64,000 nt of DNA from Vulcanimicrobiota bacterium (GTDB lineage: Bacteria; Vulcanimicrobiota; Vulcanimicrobiia; Vulcanimicrobiales; Vulcanimicrobiaceae). The notes below the pieces were generated by a model. That model was not told the DNA's origin. It did no database searches and saw only the letters and a list, made by a program, of their open reading frames with translations. This document shows, piece after piece, positions 37,949 through 48,116 of this stretch. The stretch's first letter is position 1; each line of letters starts with the position of its first letter. The stretch is from the NCBI GenBank assembly GCA_963695225.1, contig OY968762.1, positions 1 to 64,000 on the forward strand, in the 5' to 3' direction. The position numbers and the translations under genes were made by a program.

Positions 37949-38192
37949 ACCTTTAGGATAGCAGCCTCGTCAAGGCGGGTCCTTAAGGTTAAAGGTGGCT
38001 CCTTTCCGGCGGGTGACCCGGACACGTGTCTGGGCAAAGGAAAAAGAGGCATTGGAGATTGGGTAATCTGGCCAATTCGGGCCAGGGCGCCAACCTTCGA
38101 GGCTTGACATCGGGTGATACCCTGAGAAACTTGGCCGCCGGCCGGTAACCGGAGGCGGGTTGACTATCTTACCTGAGGAACAAGCGCATCAG

Positions 38193-38351
38193 ATGAGTCG
38201 CGTTGAAGACTTAAGAGAGAACGCGACCGTTCGCGGGATTTTGCCTAGCGGTCTCGTCACCGTGGTCAGTACGAAGTGGTATGGGTCGGCCGCCCTAGCT
38301 CAGGCGCAGGCCGTCGAGCAGATCGCCGATCGCCTCCGCCGGCGCCCGTAG
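38193..38351 (+). pseudogene. Chimeric remnant: helicase-like N-terminus fused in frame to integrase C-terminus
   Basis: MSRVEDLRENATVRGILPSGLVTVVSTKWYGS followed by AQAQAVEQIADRLRRRP, identical to the integrase tail. Confidence 0.7.
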
Positions 38352-38522
38352 GGGCCACGGAGAGCGGTGACCATTTGGTGACCATACGGGTCACCAAAGG
38401 CGGGTACTGGACAATACCAGACGAGCCGCGATGTCGCGCAAACTCCTACGCGGCGGGCTTCTTCGACACCAGGCGCTACGGAACGACACCGCTACCCTCG
38501 AGTTCGAGTCTCGGTCATCCCA
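38301..38522 (+). repeat. 222-bp direct repeat of 29807-30028
   Basis: Manual comparison: 13 mismatches, no gaps. Confidence 0.95.
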
Positions 38523-38646
38523 GCGAAAACCCGCGGGCCGGCGACCTTCGCTTTTCGGTTCGCGAAAACGAGAGGATGCGGGCTCTTCGGGCCCCAAGCA
38601 TGAGGGGTTTGTCTAGGCAAATCAGCTTGCTTTCGGAGATCCCTCC

Positions 38647-39435
38647 TTGAAGATCGTGGTAACCGTCAAACTGGTTCCGGATACGAATGCGGACAAGCGC
38701 TTCGATCCGGCGACCAATCGCCTGGTGCGCGCGGGCGTCGAAACCGTCCTCAACCCTTTCGATGAATTCGCGATCGAAGCGGCGTTGCAACTCAAAGAGA
38801 AACTCGGGGCCGATACGACCGTGACCGTCTGCGCGATGGCTCCCGAAACCGGAAAGGAAATCGTTCGCAAAGCTCTCGCGATGGGCGCCGACGACGCGAT
38901 CGTCGTGAGCGACAGTGCCCTCGAGGGGAGCGATCTCTGGACGACGGCGTCGGTCTTGGCGCATGCGATCAAGAAGAACGGTTTCGACCTCGTCCTATGC
39001 GGCACGCAATCGACCGACGCGAACACGGGCAATCTGCCCGGCCAACTCGCAGAGTTGCTCGGCGTCCCGGGCGTGACGAACGTTCGCAAGCTCGAGCTTG
39101 CGGGCAACGCGGTGAGCGCCGAGCGCGAGACCGACAACGGCTATCAAAAGATCGTCGCGGAGTTGCCGGCGCTCGTCAGCGTCACGAAATCGATCAACAC
39201 GCCGCGGTATCCCGCGCTTAAAGGCATCATGGGCGCGAAGAAAAAGCCGATCGCGATCTGGCCGGTCGCCGAACTCGGCCTCGACCATCCCGTCGGCGCC
39301 GCCGGCGCCAAGACGGAGGTCACGAACCTCGCCCCTGCGCCCGCCCGCGGGAAAGGCCGGACGGTCGCCGTCGCCGACGGTGCCGAAGGCGCCAAAGTCA
39401 TCGTTGAGTTCTTGAAAGAGAAGAAGCTACTCTAA
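38647..39435 (+). CDS. etfB: Electron transfer flavoprotein beta subunit
   Basis: KLVPDT, LNPFDEFAIEAAL, ALAMGAD, PRYPAL. Confidence 0.95.
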   Translation: MKIVVTVKLVPDTNADKRFDPATNRLVRAGVETVLNPFDEFAIEAALQLKEKLGADTTVTVCAMAPETGKEIVRKALAMGADDAIVVSDSALEGSDLWTTASVLAHAIKKNGFDLVLCGTQSTDANTGNLPGQLAELLGVPGVTNVRKLELAGNAVSAERETDNGYQKIVAELPALVSVTKSINTPRYPALKGIMGAKKKPIAIWPVAELGLDHPVGAAGAKTEVTNLAPAPARGKGRTVAVADGAEGAKVIVEFLKEKKLL

Positions 39436-40403
39436 TGCGCGACGTCATCGTCTTCATCGAACACAAAGGCGGCGTTCCCCGCCGCGTCTCCCTCGAACTC
39501 GCGACCAAGGCGGCCGACGTCGCCAAGGCGCTCGGCGGCAAGGCGCACGCAGTCGTCTTGGGCGCGGGGGCACAGAGCGTCGCCACGGCGCTCGCGGCCT
39601 ATCCGCTCGACGCGATCCACGTCACCGAAGACGCGGACGTCGATGCGTTCCTGGTCGATCCGGCCGTCGATTACCTCGAAGCGGTCGCGCGCGCGACCGG
39701 CCCCGCGCTCGTCCTCGCCCCGAACACGATGCTCGGACGCGACGTCGGCAGCCGGCTCGCGGCACGTTTGGGCGCCGGGATGAGTTCCGACGTGACCGAA
39801 CTGGACGTCACGGGCTCGAACGTGCTGAGCGTTTCCCCGAAGCTCGGCGGGCTCACGATCACGACGTGCTCCTTCAAGAGCGACTACGGCGTGGCCGTCG
39901 TCCGGCCGAACACGTTCAAGGCGGTTCCCGGAGCGGGCGCGGGCGAGATCGTCGCGCTGGCCAAGCCCGAAGGCAAAACCTATCGCATGAAGGTCGAGGC
40001 CGAGGTCGAGGAGGCTGCGGCGGAACTCGGAGTCGAGGAAGCGTCGACCGTCGTCGCCGGAGGGCGCGGCGCGGGTGGGCCGGAGCCGTTCCACACGATT
40101 CTCAAGGATCTGGCGGACGCTCTCGGTGGCGCGGTCGGCGCCTCGCGCGCGGCCGTCGATGCGGGTTGGATCACGCACGCGCATCAAGTCGGGCAGACCG
40201 GGAAGACGGTCAGCCCGCAACTCTATATCGCCTGCGGCATCTCGGGGGCGATCCAACACAAGGTCGGGATGCGCACTAGCGGCACGATCGTCGCGATCAA
40301 CAAGGACGGCAACGTCCCGATCGCCGACTTCGCCGACCTGCTCGTCGTCGGGGATCTCTTTGCGATCGTCCCCGAACTCACTAAAGCCGTGCGCGGCAAC
40401 TGA
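39435..40403 (+). CDS. etfA: Electron transfer flavoprotein alpha subunit
   Basis: GASRAAVDAGW, QVGQTGK, GISGAIQH, AINKD. Confidence 0.95.
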   Translation: MRDVIVFIEHKGGVPRRVSLELATKAADVAKALGGKAHAVVLGAGAQSVATALAAYPLDAIHVTEDADVDAFLVDPAVDYLEAVARATGPALVLAPNTMLGRDVGSRLAARLGAGMSSDVTELDVTGSNVLSVSPKLGGLTITTCSFKSDYGVAVVRPNTFKAVPGAGAGEIVALAKPEGKTYRMKVEAEVEEAAAELGVEEASTVVAGGRGAGGPEPFHTILKDLADALGGAVGASRAAVDAGWITHAHQVGQTGKTVSPQLYIACGISGAIQHKVGMRTSGTIVAINKDGNVPIADFADLLVVGDLFAIVPELTKAVRGN

Positions 40404-40435
40404 CGCACGCATTCGTTCGGAATAGGAACTGCATC

Positions 40436-41977
40436 TTGAGGAACTCCGTTCGCGCGCTCGGCGGCGCGCTCATCGCATTCGCTCTGCTGCTCTGCGGCGC
40501 GCAAGGCGCCGTCGCAAAGAAAGCCGAGCCTGCACCGACGGCCTCGGCAAGTTCGTCGCCGGCGCCGCTGCCGACCGCAACGCCGGAGGCTCCCGAGGTC
40601 GCGATTCCGCGCCTCGAGGCGAAGCTCAAAGCCTCTCCGGACGATCGCGAAGCGCTGCTCGATCTCTCGGGATATTACTTGCAGGTCGGCCGCCCCGACA
40701 AGGCGGTCGTGCTGACCCAGAAGCTGCTCTCGCTCGGGCAGAAGACGGCCCAAGTCTATTTCCTCGACGGAGCCGCGAACGAGCAACTCGGAAAGGTGAA
40801 AGAGGCGACCGCCTCTCTCGAGCAAGCCTCGAACCTCGAACCGACGAACTCGCAGGTTCTGCTGACGTTGACGGATCTCTACCTGCGCACGAACCGCGCC
40901 TCCGACGCCGAGCGCGTCGCGAAGCGCGCGACGACGTTCAACGCGACCGACAAGCGCGCGTTCCTGAACTACGCGCTCGTGCTCTCGCAAGAGAAAAAGT
41001 ACGACGAAGCGCGCGCGCAGTTCGAAGCGGCGGCGAAACTGGACCCGAAGGATGCGTCGCCGTTGATTCTCGAAGCGCGCTCCTACATCGATCAAAAGAA
41101 CTATGCGGTCGCCGCGACGACCTTCGACCGCGCGCTCGCGGTCGAACCGGGAAGCCCGGACGCGCTGCTCGGCAAGGCGCGCCTGCTCGCGATCCAGCAC
41201 GACGTGAAGGGCGCGGTCGCGGTCTACGAGCAGCTCGTTACGGCGCTCGCCGAGCCGGGCGAAAAGGCCGCCGTCGTCGATGAGGAAGCCTCGTTCTACG
41301 CGAGCGAAAAGATGACGGCGGAGGCCGAGAACACGTACAAGCGCGCGATCTCGAGCTATCCGAGCGTCAGCGGAACCCACGTCGCGCTCGGCGATTACTA
41401 CGCGCGCTCGAACAAGGCCAAGGAGGCCGAGGCGGAATGGACCGCGGCGCTCGGCGACAAGAAGGACAACCCGGCCGCGCTCGCGCGCCTCGGCGATCTC
41501 TACTTGAGCCGGACCGATGCGAACAGAGCGATCGACTCCTACAAACGCCTCACCGAGCTCACGCCGGGAGACCCGGCCGCGCTCGTGCGCCTCGGGCAGG
41601 CCTACGCGCTCGCGCATCAGTTCGACAAGGCGCGCGACTCGTTCCGCCGCTCGTTCGACGTCGCGCGGACCCCGCAGGCGCTCGCCGGCCTTGGAGCCGC
41701 GGATTACGAGTTGCACAACTACAAGGAAGCGGCTGAGATCTTCGACGCGCTCGACCGAGACGTCCCTGATTTCCTCAAAGCGAGCCCGCAGTTCTACATG
41801 GTCATGGGCAAGTGCTACGCCGAGACGAATCAGAAGCCGAAGGCGAAATCGGCGTACGAACGTTTCCTTCCTTACATAAGCAAGGACACGAAAGCGACGG
41901 CCGAAGTCAAGAAGATGATCGCCGCGCTGGGCCCCGTCTCGGCGGCGACCGCCAAGCCCGCGCCGAAGAATAAGTAG
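40436..41977 (+). CDS. Exported tetratricopeptide-repeat protein
   Basis: Signal peptide and many TPR units. Confidence 0.88.
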   Translation: MRNSVRALGGALIAFALLLCGAQGAVAKKAEPAPTASASSSPAPLPTATPEAPEVAIPRLEAKLKASPDDREALLDLSGYYLQVGRPDKAVVLTQKLLSLGQKTAQVYFLDGAANEQLGKVKEATASLEQASNLEPTNSQVLLTLTDLYLRTNRASDAERVAKRATTFNATDKRAFLNYALVLSQEKKYDEARAQFEAAAKLDPKDASPLILEARSYIDQKNYAVAATTFDRALAVEPGSPDALLGKARLLAIQHDVKGAVAVYEQLVTALAEPGEKAAVVDEEASFYASEKMTAEAENTYKRAISSYPSVSGTHVALGDYYARSNKAKEAEAEWTAALGDKKDNPAALARLGDLYLSRTDANRAIDSYKRLTELTPGDPAALVRLGQAYALAHQFDKARDSFRRSFDVARTPQALAGLGAADYELHNYKEAAEIFDALDRDVPDFLKASPQFYMVMGKCYAETNQKPKAKSAYERFLPYISKDTKATAEVKKMIAALGPVSAATAKPAPKNK

Positions 41978-41989
41978 ACGGAGCGCGCA

Positions 41990-43006
41990 TTGCTCGTCGT
42001 CTATGACGATTGCTACACCGAGCATCTCTCCGGGATAGCCCACCCAGAGTCGCCGGATCGCGTCAGCGCGATCATCTCGCACCTCGAATCGGAAGGGCTG
42101 TTGAATTCCCGGATCGGCGCGCGCGACGCGGAGGATCATGAGATCCTCCGCGTTCACTCCGTCGATTACCTCGAGAAGGTCAAACGCGAGGTCGGCGCGC
42201 TCGGCGAAACCGACGTGGACACGCTCTCGACGGGCGATACGATCATCGACGCGTCGTCGTTGCGGGTCGCGCGGCGCTCGGCGGGCGGGACGCTCGCGGC
42301 GATGGAGTACGCCGTCGCCAACGACACCGCGGCTTTCGCGATCGTCCGCCCGCCGGGGCATCACGCGGAACCGCGTCACGGCATGGGCTTTTGCGTCTTC
42401 AACAACGTCGGCATCGCGGCGCGCGCGTATGCGGAGCAAGCCCGCGATCGCGCGCTCGTGATCGATTTCGATTACCATCATGGGAACGGAACGCAGGCGA
42501 TGGCGAGGGCCGGCGTCTCGTTCATTTCGACCCACGCCTCGCCCGCGTATCCGGGGACGGGCGACGTCGCCGAGAACCGGCTCGCCTTCGACGGTGCGAT
42601 CGTCAACTGTCCGCTTCCGGCCGGCGGCTACCCCACCGAAGCGTTCCTCGCGACCTGGCAATCGCTGATGGAAGGGGTCGCGGAGCACGTGCACCCGGGC
42701 CTCCTCCTCGTCAGCGCCGGTTACGACTTCGCGGCCGGAGATCCGGTAGGAGATCTCGGTATCGACGGCCCGCTCGCCGCGCGCGAGTTGGCGCGGATGA
42801 TTCGCGAGTTGGCGGACCGCTTCACGAAGGGGCGCGTCGTCTACAGCTTGGAAGGCGGGTACGATCCGCCGATCCTCGCGGCGTGCGTGGCCGAGACCGT
42901 GCGCGTGCACGATGCGGCTACGCGCGAGGTCGGCGCGTTCGCGATGAAGTCGATTCCGAAGGCGCAGCGGGCCGTGCTCGATCAGGTCGCCGCTTGGATG
43001 TGGTGA
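41990..43006 (+). CDS. Histone deacetylase family protein
   Basis: [41 protein letters not shown]. Confidence 0.95.
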   Translation: MLVVYDDCYTEHLSGIAHPESPDRVSAIISHLESEGLLNSRIGARDAEDHEILRVHSVDYLEKVKREVGALGETDVDTLSTGDTIIDASSLRVARRSAGGTLAAMEYAVANDTAAFAIVRPPGHHAEPRHGMGFCVFNNVGIAARAYAEQARDRALVIDFDYHHGNGTQAMARAGVSFISTHASPAYPGTGDVAENRLAFDGAIVNCPLPAGGYPTEAFLATWQSLMEGVAEHVHPGLLLVSAGYDFAAGDPVGDLGIDGPLAARELARMIRELADRFTKGRVVYSLEGGYDPPILAACVAETVRVHDAATREVGAFAMKSIPKAQRAVLDQVAAWMW

Positions 43007-43458
43007 TCTTCGTCCTGCGCGTTGCGCTGGGCGCCGTGTTTCTCGCCGCGGGGCTGCTGAAAGTGTCGCACCCGGAATTCCTCGCGGCGACGATCGCCGC
43101 ATTCCGCATCTTGCCGGAGGCGGTCATCGCGCCGCTTGCGGTCGCGTTGCCCTACTTCGAGATGATCCTCGGCGGCTACCTTATCGTGGGGCTGTTCACA
43201 CGCGTCGCCGCCCTCGTTGCGGCGGCGCAGCTGGCCGCGTTTGCGGCCGCGATCGCATCGGTCGTCGTGCGCGGAATCCCGACCTCGTGCGGTTGCTTCG
43301 GTCCGAGCGACACGGCGCCGGCGAGCTGGGTCGACGTGGCGCGCGATCTCGCCCTGGCGGCGGTCGCGATCCTCATCGCCCTGCGCGCACCGGGGATCCT
43401 GGCGCTCGACGGGCGCCTCGCTTCCAAGAGTTTACCGACCGCGGAGGGAATGGAATAG
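43003..43458 (+). CDS. MauE/DoxX-family membrane protein
   Basis: [25 protein letters not shown]. Confidence 0.85.
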   Translation: MIFVLRVALGAVFLAAGLLKVSHPEFLAATIAAFRILPEAVIAPLAVALPYFEMILGGYLIVGLFTRVAALVAAAQLAAFAAAIASVVVRGIPTSCGCFGPSDTAPASWVDVARDLALAAVAILIALRAPGILALDGRLASKSLPTAEGME

Positions 43459-43459
43459 C

Positions 43460-44056
43460 ATGGCACAGCGACGGCCGGCGCCCGGAGCCGGCAACAACCG
43501 GAAGACCATCGTCTACGCATCGTTCGGCATCCTTGCGGTTCTCTTGATCGTCGCGGTGGCGTACGCTTCGCGCATGCCGAAGATCGCGTCGGTCGCGCCG
43601 ACCTCCGCGCAACTGACCGTGGGGCAGGCCGCTCCGCAGTTCGCGTTGCCGACGACGGACGGCGTCTTCGATCTCTCGAAGGCCGCCGGGCAGCCGGTCC
43701 TGCTCGAAGTTTTCGCAACCTGGTGCCCGCACTGCCAACGCGAGACCGCGACGCTCAACGCGATCTACGACGCATACAAGGACAAGGTGCACATCGTCGC
43801 GGTCTCCGGCAGCCAATACGGCGTCGACGGCAGCACGCCCGAATCGCAGGCAGACGTCGTGAGCTTCGTGCAGAAGTACAACGTGCGCTATCCGGTGGCG
43901 TTCGACCCGACGCTCGACGTCGGGAACAAGTACCTGCAGGGCGGCTTCCCGACGATCGTGCTGATCAGTAAAGACGGGAAAGTGTTGAAGTTCCGCGACG
44001 GCGAGATCCCGCGAGCGGAGATCGAAAAGGACCTCAACGACGCGCTGAAGGGTTAG
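43460..44056 (+). CDS. TlpA-family thiol-disulfide oxidoreductase
   Basis: Membrane anchor; FATWCPHC; GFPT. Confidence 0.9.
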   Translation: MAQRRPAPGAGNNRKTIVYASFGILAVLLIVAVAYASRMPKIASVAPTSAQLTVGQAAPQFALPTTDGVFDLSKAAGQPVLLEVFATWCPHCQRETATLNAIYDAYKDKVHIVAVSGSQYGVDGSTPESQADVVSFVQKYNVRYPVAFDPTLDVGNKYLQGGFPTIVLISKDGKVLKFRDGEIPRAEIEKDLNDALKG

Positions 44057-45108
44057 GGAATGACGCTGGTCGCGATGCGCCCGAGCTCCGCCCGGGAGAG
44101 GTCGCCGATCAGCGTCAACGTCAACTGCTTTTCCTTCCAGGCGATGAGCGTCGAAGCACCGTGCTCGATCACTTTGCCTTCGTCTTCGCCGAGTTTGATC
44201 GTGCGCGGCTTGTCGGCGCCGAAATCGGCTTCGGCGCCGGCGGCGTTTTCGAACAGCGAGAGCGTTCTCAGTCCGTCGGAGTAATTGAGGTGGACGGTCT
44301 TGGTGCCGTTCACGGTCTCGACGGACGCACCGACGAGCGCGAAGCCCTCGGGCAGGTCGGCGGGGCTCGCAGGCTTGAAGCCGGCTTCGCGAGCGACGCG
44401 ATCGGTGTCGAGCGAGGGCGGCTCGCGATCGGCCTCCGTCACTTCCGAGTACCCCTCGGGAACGTTCGTCGAGAAGATCTCGTCCGGTATCTTCTGCGTG
44501 TAGCGTAGCTCGGCAAAGCGCGACGAGGTTGCGATCGAGCCGTCGGCGTGGAACGTTTCCTTGCGCAGGACGAGCTTCGTCTCGGCGTCGATCCATACGC
44601 GCGCGACGCGCTCGCCCGTGTAGTTGTTGATCAACACGAGCGACTTCGTCGGCCGTCCCGCGACGATCTCGCCGCCTGCGGGGACGGCGCGATAGTTCGC
44701 GTAGAGCAAGCCCAGCGTATTCCCCCCCGCGAGGTTGACGTCGAGCAGCGGATTGTTCGACGTCGTGACGCGCTCGCGGCGCGTGTCGAACTGCCAGGTC
44801 GTCGTCGAGCGAGTGATGATGTAGTCGCCGTAGAGCGCTTCGGGGGCGAGGTACCAGCGTCGAGTGCGGTCGGGCGCGCGATGCTCGATCCTCACGATCG
44901 TTGCGTTCGCCTTGCTCGCGCTGAAGCGGATCGTTTCGAGCTGGCCGACGTACGAAACGGAGCGGGAGGCGCCGATGCTCTCCCGCAGGAGGTCGGCCGG
45001 GCTCTCCGCGGCGGGGGCGGCGAACGCGGGTGCCGCGCCGGCGCAGAACGCCGCCGCGGCGAGGAGCGCCGTTCGCGCCGCGCCGGAGAGAGCGCTAGCG
45101 CACGACAT
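44053..45108 (-). CDS. MucB/RseB-like periplasmic sigma-E regulator
   Basis: Signal peptide; VAGRPT..RVWIDAETKLVLR; YSDGLRTLSLFE; third gene of the ECF operon. Confidence 0.8.
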   Translation of the reverse strand: MSCASALSGAARTALLAAAAFCAGAAPAFAAPAAESPADLLRESIGASRSVSYVGQLETIRFSASKANATIVRIEHRAPDRTRRWYLAPEALYGDYIITRSTTTWQFDTRRERVTTSNNPLLDVNLAGGNTLGLLYANYRAVPAGGEIVAGRPTKSLVLINNYTGERVARVWIDAETKLVLRKETFHADGSIATSSRFAELRYTQKIPDEIFSTNVPEGYSEVTEADREPPSLDTDRVAREAGFKPASPADLPEGFALVGASVETVNGTKTVHLNYSDGLRTLSLFENAAGAEADFGADKPRTIKLGEDEGKVIEHGASTLIAWKEKQLTLTLIGDLSRAELGRIATSVIP

Positions 45109-45637
45109 CAAGGGTGCCGGGTTCCACCGCTGCTTCCGATTCGAGATCTGCGCTCTCGCTCTGCGAGGCCGAATCGTACGACGTTTCGATCGTCGTCGCC
45201 GGCAGGCTCCGCTCCGCGAGCGGGTTCTGCAATTGCTCGGCCTCGTGCTGCTCGATGTAGTAGGATGCTGCGATCGCCGGTGCCGCGTGGCTCGGCGCGA
45301 GCGGCGAGAACGGGCTCGCGAAATAAAACGCGACCGCGGCCGCGGCTGCGAGCGGGAACGCCACGATCGGGCGCAGGAACGAGCGAAGCCGGTCGATCGG
45401 CTGCGGCGTTTGGGCGCGCACCGCCTCCCAGATCTTCGCTTTGACCATCGGCGGAAGCTCGCGTTCGTCCCGGGCTGCAACGGCGCGCAACGCGTCGCCG
45501 AGCGCGCGCTCGCGGTCGAGTTCGGTCGCGCATGCCGGGCACGTCGCGACGTGTTGATGCACGAGCGAATCGGACGCGGGGTCCAGCTCGTCGTGCAGAT
45601 AGTCGATCAGCGTTTCGTGTGAGATGTGGTCGGTCAT
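45095..45637 (-). CDS. Zinc-finger (ZAS, HxxxCxxC) anti-sigma factor
   Basis: HVATCPAC plus a TM helix. Confidence 0.88.
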   Translation of the reverse strand: MTDHISHETLIDYLHDELDPASDSLVHQHVATCPACATELDRERALGDALRAVAARDERELPPMVKAKIWEAVRAQTPQPIDRLRSFLRPIVAFPLAAAAAVAFYFASPFSPLAPSHAAPAIAASYYIEQHEAEQLQNPLAERSLPATTIETSYDSASQSESADLESEAAVEPGTLDVVR

Positions 45638-46203
45638 GAGCGTTCTTGGGCCTGGAGGAGGAGCTTCCGGAGGAGCGCTCGCGCGCGATGGAGCCGCGAT
45701 CTCACCGTTCCGATCGAGCACTCCGTCATATCCGCGATCTCCTGATAGCTATAGTTTTCGATGTCCGCGAGAATGACGACCTGACGCTGCTCTGAAGAGA
45801 GCATCGCGAGCGCCTTAGAGAGGGATTCGCCGAGCTGGCCTTCGATGAGGTCGTCTATCGGCGTCTCGGCTAAGGGCCGCTGCCCCCCGTAAGCCTGCGG
45901 GGCGTTGTCTTCCGGGATCTCCTCATAGAAACGTCCTTTTCGCCGCCGAAGTTCATCGCGGTGAAGGTTTGTGACGATCCGGTAGATCCACGAGACGAAG
46001 CTCGTCCCCGGCTGGAAGGAGCGCCAGGCGCGGTAGACCCGTAGGAAGGCGTCCTGCGTCAGATCGCGGGCGTCGGCCTCGTTGTTCGTCAGCCGGTAAG
46101 CGAAGTTGTACGTCGCCTTGCCGTATTGCTCGATCGCCCGTTCGAGGAACGCCGCCTGTTCGGGCGACGGGGGCGGATCCGGCGCACGAGGGGCTCCCAT
46201 CAA
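45634..46203 (-). CDS. ECF RNA polymerase sigma factor
   Basis: DARDLTQDAFLR, SWIYRI, SYQEIA..GTVRSRLHRAR. Confidence 0.95.
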   Translation of the reverse strand: MMGAPRAPDPPPSPEQAAFLERAIEQYGKATYNFAYRLTNNEADARDLTQDAFLRVYRAWRSFQPGTSFVSWIYRIVTNLHRDELRRRKGRFYEEIPEDNAPQAYGGQRPLAETPIDDLIEGQLGESLSKALAMLSSEQRQVVILADIENYSYQEIADMTECSIGTVRSRLHRARALLRKLLLQAQERS

Positions 46204-46346
46204 GCGACTTCTTTTGCCATGGGCGGCAGGGCTACTGCCGGTTCGTGGAACTCGGCACGCTGAGGTAACTCAAACACTTGACACGAACACGGCTCTTAGG
46301 GAAGCCTAGTGAAGTAAGCGCAGTGCAGCGAAATCTAAGGAGAAAC

Positions 46347-47630
46347 TTGGCCGTCCATCCGACGACCCTCGAACCGGCATCTGCCGAACCGGCGAAACGG
46401 CGGTCGGTCCTAGCACGATACCTCGCCGTTCTGGGACCAGGCTTGATCGTCGCGTTCGCCGATACCGAAGCGGGCAGCATCACCACGGCGGCGACCTCCG
46501 GGGCTCAGTTCGGGATGAAGCTCGTACTCTTGCAGATCCTGCTGATCGTGCCGCTGTTCGTCGTTCAGGAGATGACGGTCCGGCTGGGGATCGTCACGAA
46601 GAAGGGGCACGCGCAGCTCATTCGCGAGCACTACGGCATGGGCTGGGCGTGGGTCTCCCTCGGGACGATGCTCGTCACGAACCTGGCCGCGCTCGTGACC
46701 GAGTTCATCGGGATCGCGGGAGCCGCGCTGATCTTCGGCGTCAATCCGACGCTGCTCGTCCTGACCGCCGCCGCCGTCATCATCGCCGTCTCGCTCGGCG
46801 GGGCATACAAGCGCGCGGAGATCGCGGCGCTCGGGCTGTGCTTGCTCGAACTGCTCTTCATTCCGGCAGCGTTTGCGGCGCATCCGGACCCGATGCTGCT
46901 CGTCCGCGAGGGCCTCTTCGGATCGCAGCCGCTCGGCGATCGAGCGTACCTCTTGCTCGTCGCGGGGAACATCGGGGCGGTCATCATGCCTTGGATGATC
47001 TTCTACCAGCAGAGCGCCGTCGTCGACAAGGGGCTGCGCCTGCGCGATCTCGCCTTCGCGCGCCTCGATACGGTCTTCGGCGCGGTGATGACGCAGATCA
47101 TCATGATCGCGGTCGTCGTCACCACGGCGGCGACGCTCTTCGTGCGCGGGATCTCCGTCTCGGACGCAGCGCATGCGGCCCTGGCGCTCGAGCCGTTGAT
47201 CGGGCACCTCGCCGGGATCATCTTCGGCGCCGCCTTGATCGGGGCGGCGCTGCTCGGCGCGTTCGTCGTTTCGCTGGCGACCGCGTGGGCGTTCGGAGAG
47301 GCGTTCCAGTGGCGCTGCTCGCTCAATTACGGCTGCTTCGACGCAAAGCGCTTCTACGGATTCTTCGTCGTGTGCGTGCTCGCTGCCGCCGGGATCACCT
47401 TGATCCCGGGGCTCCCGCTCGTGCGCGTCACCGTGCTCGTGATGGCCTTCAACGCGCTCGTCCTTCCGATCGTGCTCGGGTTCTTGCTGATCATGGCGAA
47501 CGATCGAAACATCCTGGGCAAGCGCGTCAACTCGCCGCTCGGGAACGCGATCGCGCTCGGGGTCTCGTTCGTCTGCGTCGCGCTCGGCCTTTGGTATGGG
47601 TTCCTAACACTCTCCGGTCAGGCGGGCTGA
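46347..47630 (+). CDS. NRAMP-family divalent metal transporter
   Basis: GPGLIVAFADTEAGSI, QEMTVRLG, IGAVIMPWMIF; AAGGAG before TTG. Confidence 0.9.
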   Translation: MAVHPTTLEPASAEPAKRRSVLARYLAVLGPGLIVAFADTEAGSITTAATSGAQFGMKLVLLQILLIVPLFVVQEMTVRLGIVTKKGHAQLIREHYGMGWAWVSLGTMLVTNLAALVTEFIGIAGAALIFGVNPTLLVLTAAAVIIAVSLGGAYKRAEIAALGLCLLELLFIPAAFAAHPDPMLLVREGLFGSQPLGDRAYLLLVAGNIGAVIMPWMIFYQQSAVVDKGLRLRDLAFARLDTVFGAVMTQIIMIAVVVTTAATLFVRGISVSDAAHAALALEPLIGHLAGIIFGAALIGAALLGAFVVSLATAWAFGEAFQWRCSLNYGCFDAKRFYGFFVVCVLAAAGITLIPGLPLVRVTVLVMAFNALVLPIVLGFLLIMANDRNILGKRVNSPLGNAIALGVSFVCVALGLWYGFLTLSGQAG

Positions 47631-47663
47631 CCCCGGCGAAGAGTTAGCTTGCTCGCGTGGCCC

Positions 47664-47814
47664 GCGTCCGGAGCGGGGCGGGGTTCCTCCGCGGGGACGC
47701 CCGCGATTTCGCATCCATGCGAAATCGCTACTCGTGCACTTGCCCGCTCCCGCCATCGTGGCTCCGCGGGCAAGCTGCACGCCCCGCGGAGAAACCCCGC
47801 CCCGCTCCGGACGC
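47664..47814. repeat. REP/MITE-like palindromic element
   Basis: 33-bp inverted arms (32/33 match) enclosing two inner hairpins. Confidence 0.8.
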
Positions 47815-48116
47815 TGCCTGCATTCCGTGGTCAACCGGGGCGCTACCCGGGTCAGCTGAGCTCGTTCGAAGGGTGAGCTAGCCGAAGGGCCCCTGCGGGT
47901 GTGAGCGCGGTCACTTTTTCGGGGGGCGGGAGCCGGGGGGGTTGCCGGCCTGGCGGGGCGCCGCGATAGGGCTACGAGGGAGGCCCGGCCTGGGCTGAGG
48001 TTCGCGGGAGCGGGCTGCTCGGGTAGGCAGCTTTCTCCTCCAAGGGACTCCGGCGCGGCTCCGAAAAGCTGGCCCCACCGGGGCTATACACCCGCCGCCC
48101 CACCCCGAGCGAGGTC

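Larger units (their letters stand above)
30029..38522. mobile_element. Degraded defence island, relic of a related element at the same tRNA site
   Basis: Bounded by identical att cores; keeps only the last ~17 integrase codons. Confidence 0.8.

Noticed and set aside
40223..43102. 959-aa minus-strand ORF
   Set aside because: Antisense shadow of the TPR and deacetylase genes in high-GC DNA; no motifs
47630..48110. RNase P, SRP or 6S RNA in the GC-rich gap
   Set aside because: No GAGGAAAGTCC/AACCCGGCTTA or SRP loop motifs found on either strand; structure is a near-perfect palindrome
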